Below are positions 60,811 through 64,000 of a stretch of DNA of 64,000 nt, piece after piece; positions within the stretch are counted from its first letter, which is position 1, and each line of letters begins with the position of its first letter. Position numbers and translations under genes: made by a program. Origin of the DNA: Vicugna vicugna (taxonomy: Eukaryota); NCBI GenBank assembly GCA_013265495.1, contig MU057947.1:134048-198047 (forward strand). Direction: 5' to 3'. The notes under the pieces were generated by a model. The model saw only the letters and a list, made by a program, of their open reading frames with translations. It was not told where the DNA came from and searched no databases.

Positions 60811-62019
60811 TTCAGTAGACTCTCCCCCAGCCCCCAAATAAAAAACTATAGGAAAGAAAAAGAAGTTTGGACTCCGACTTGGAAAATCAGATGCTAGTAT
60901 ATTCCACAGACGCATCCCCGGCATGTGCAGATACGCTGCAGAGGTTTCACCACAATTACCCCGAATTGTTTCTGACTTTTATTCACCCATCTCTGCAAAC
61001 CTGCATGTGGGTGGGCTACCTTATAACTAAAACCAACTGGATAGAGAATAAACCAGGGAATATGGGGGGAAACGGGGGAGGGGTTTGGGGAGCAGACTCA
61101 GTGTCACACCAGTTGCCCTGAATAAAATGTTTCATAAAAAGTACACATTGAAACTGGCACCATTGAATCTGGGGCGGTAAGATGACCCCAGCACCAAGAA
61201 TCTCTCTCCTGCGCTGGTCGCCAGATGGTCGGTGAGTGCACCGAGGCTCCCGCCTCTGCTGGGCCGGCGCCAGCTTTGGACACCAGAAGGGGCAGAGCCA
61301 GCCTGCCTCTTGTTGCAGGGGCTCTGCCCTTGTTCTGATCGCTGAAGCGTGTGTGTGTGAGGACAGGGGCGCGTCAGGTCCTCTGGGGAGGTTCCCAGAG
61401 CCGTGCTTCCCAAGGCCAGATGAGGTGGCCTGGGAGGGATGCCCAGGGTTCCCTGCCTGGGTCCCACCTCAGAGCTCCTGAGACTCAGCTCCTTCTAGGG
61501 GAGCACCCTTGCCTCCCCAGTAGCCCAGGGGTGCCAAGCTGGGCCCCCCAAATGCCATTATGAGCTCTGACTCCTAATTACTGCTTTTCAGAGCCCAGTC
61601 CTTGGACAGGTCACATCCCAACCCTTGTGGGAGAAGAAAAAGTAAATTACAGATGATAAATCAAAATCAGAGTTGAAGCTCTTGCTTGGTTCCCGGGTTG
61701 GCTGCGAATGGTAGTGTGGGTGGACCTAGAGTAACAAAAGACACTGCTTTAAACTAGAGAGAGGAGTGAAATAGAAAAGGGTTATTATCCCCAACGTTTG
61801 CATCCTGCAGGGCGGGGCGGGTGGGAGGGCAGGGAGGTCCAGAAGCGGTGGGTGGGGGCAGCGGAGGGAACACCCCTCTTTCTCTGAGGTGGGCCCGGAA
61901 ACATCCATGGATGACAGACACGTGAGAACACCATCCAGCCCTAAATCTAGACTCTCCTACCTGACTTCACAGCTATGCTACCCACCCATCCGATTATATC
62001 CTCTATCCAGTAGAACCTA

Positions 62020-62720
62020 CACGTTTTAATTAATGCTGCTCGATCTCATTAACGTGTGTAAAAAAATAATCAAACAACAAATTGCAGCGATTTGCAGTTG
62101 AAAGACATTAACGAATACCGTGCGCAACAGAAAAAAACGGATGCTGTTATGTAAATAAATGCAAATACAGATCTCCTTACTGTATTTTGTGCCTAGTCTC
62201 TGAGAAAGACGAGTCACTTAAAATCCTTATTTCTCAGCTGTATTCGTTAAAATAATGCATGTTAATTATATTCCAACACTCATCTGACAAATAACTGATA
62301 AGTTACACAATGTAACTGCTAATAATCCTTGCAGCCCATTTTATTATCTTATGAAATTAGAGATTGAACATTGATTATGACTAATAGGGGATTTCATCCA
62401 ATAAAGACAGCACAGGAGGAGAAGTATATAAAAATTGGGTAGCTGGCTTCTGAACGGCTAAAAGGAGCTATGTTAAGTCATTAATTAGCAAAGATAAATA
62501 CTCCGGGTGAAGATTGTAACAGTTGTACTTTTTTAGACCAGGAATGAATTATTTATTCCTACCCCAGCCGCACCACAGAGTGCAAGGCAAGTTTGTTCAG
62601 CAACAATGGGAGAAATATATTTGCTACAGGGCCAGCCTGGTAACACTGCTTCTTTTACATGCGATTTGTAAGCAAATTTATATGAAAGTATGCAGTGGCT
62701 AATACGGCACCACTCCAGCC
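62020..62720. promoter_or_regulatory. Candidate enhancer / conserved non-coding element
   Basis: TTAATTAA, octamer ATGCAAAT (62159), TGATAA, TAATCC, CCAATAAA and TAATTA in repeat-free AT-rich DNA. Confidence 0.45.
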
Positions 62721-64000
62721 TCAGACTGAAGGGTGATTTTACAGACGTCCTGCAGCACTCCATCATCCCTTCATTTTAATGTCTTTATTTTATGATTTTG
62801 TTGATGAAATACTACTTACCCAGTGCTCAAAATTCCTTTTAGGCTGCAGGCACTGGCTAGTTGACATGGCAAGCTATATTTTACAGCCATATATTTTAGC
62901 TCTCTCTGTCCAAGTTGGAGGACACAGTAGCCAAGATGGTTTTTCATCGTAGAAATATATTTTCATATTTATTTATTGATTTGACTAATGTATCTATTTT
63001 TCAATTCACATGCTTATGTTTCAATCCATTAAAGTGATTCATGGTCAAATAATATGTTATTGCAAGTACAAAGAGGAGATAAAAACCACTGTACATTTGC
63101 TGTAACACAAGAACAAAAATAATAATAAAAAAACATTGCATGATTAAATATAGTTTTAATCCCCCAAAGATCAAAACGAAAATGATGTTTTTAATTATTT
63201 CACAAAAAAAGCATAAAATAAAAGTTTTTTAAAGAAAAAAGTAGGATGCAATTACCTATGAAGTAAGTTCTCCCAGTAATAAATATTTTGTGGATGTTTC
63301 TTAACAAGATTAAGTACACAATACAGACTTAGCATAAGGCGTGAAATTAACAACAGAATAAAAACTAAAATGGGTTGCAATTATTCAGCAGGAGGAGGCT
63401 GGATGGGGAAGCTGACCAGCTCTGAAACTTAAGAGCTACGTTCTCCACGTGCCTTGCTTACAGCCACTTAATGCAGTTAAAATGCTATTGAAAATATAGA
63501 TTCCTGGGCCCAGGGCAGCCGATGCACCAGAGAGCCAGGCTGACCAGCCACCAGGTTCCAGGTGAGCCTTGAGACATCCCATTTGGTTTGCCCTAAAGGG
63601 ACCCCCTCACGGAGAAGACCGGTGAGAAATGCTGCAGGACTCACAGTCTCACGACAGACTTCATTTTCCTGGATGTTTGCTTTTTACGAACTCTATAGCT
63701 GCGAAATAATTAAAACACGGCGCTCGCACTTCCGCATGCACGTGTTTGAAGAAAGCACATCGTTTCAGGACATCACTTCGCTGTGTCATCGTGTTTAAGC
63801 ACAGGTGAGTGGGGCACAGGTGCAGAGGAAACACAGAGCCTCAAGCAGCTCGAGTTGACAGAGGAAGGCACTTGGCCTCTTGGAGCAGCAAGAAGCGTCA
63901 GCCCAGGAACCCGCAGCACGGGGGCAATCGTCCATCATGGAAACAGAAAACTGACAGCAGAGGGAAGTGAAGGGGGGTGAACTGGGGAGAGGACCACCCT

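Noticed and set aside
1..64000. A specific host gene, locus identity or novel multi-gene system
   Set aside because: No exon or diagnostic sequence was recognised, so naming a neighbouring gene would be a guess without alignment.

Overview
This window is mammalian non-coding genomic DNA, not prokaryotic. It is probably camelid, inferred from three copies of a tRNA-derived SINE with a tail ending in ...AAACCTAATTACCTYCCCC, which matches the Vic-1 family as I recall it. I can support no intact protein-coding exon, RNA gene or CRISPR array. All long ORFs arise from GC-rich DNA, tandem repeats or decayed retroelements. The window contains: (i) many old interspersed repeats (L1 fragments, HAL1, L2, L3/CR1, MIR, MLT1/MLT2 solo LTRs, hAT MITEs); (ii) about nine CpG-rich islands with no visible gene, one with a promoter-like motif set (16.3-17.1 kb); (iii) several repeat-free AT-rich blocks dense in homeodomain-type motifs, resembling developmental enhancers in a gene desert or large intron; (iv) a near-perfect 16-copy 18-bp minisatellite with a 5-unit higher-order pattern. 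The strongest cross-cutting signal is patchy AT-to-GC erosion of repeats and of one microsatellite, suggesting localised GC-biased gene conversion that may be creating CpG islands. I could not establish a new biological system or identify the locus. Repeat family names come from recalled consensus sequences, and boundaries are approximate unless stated.
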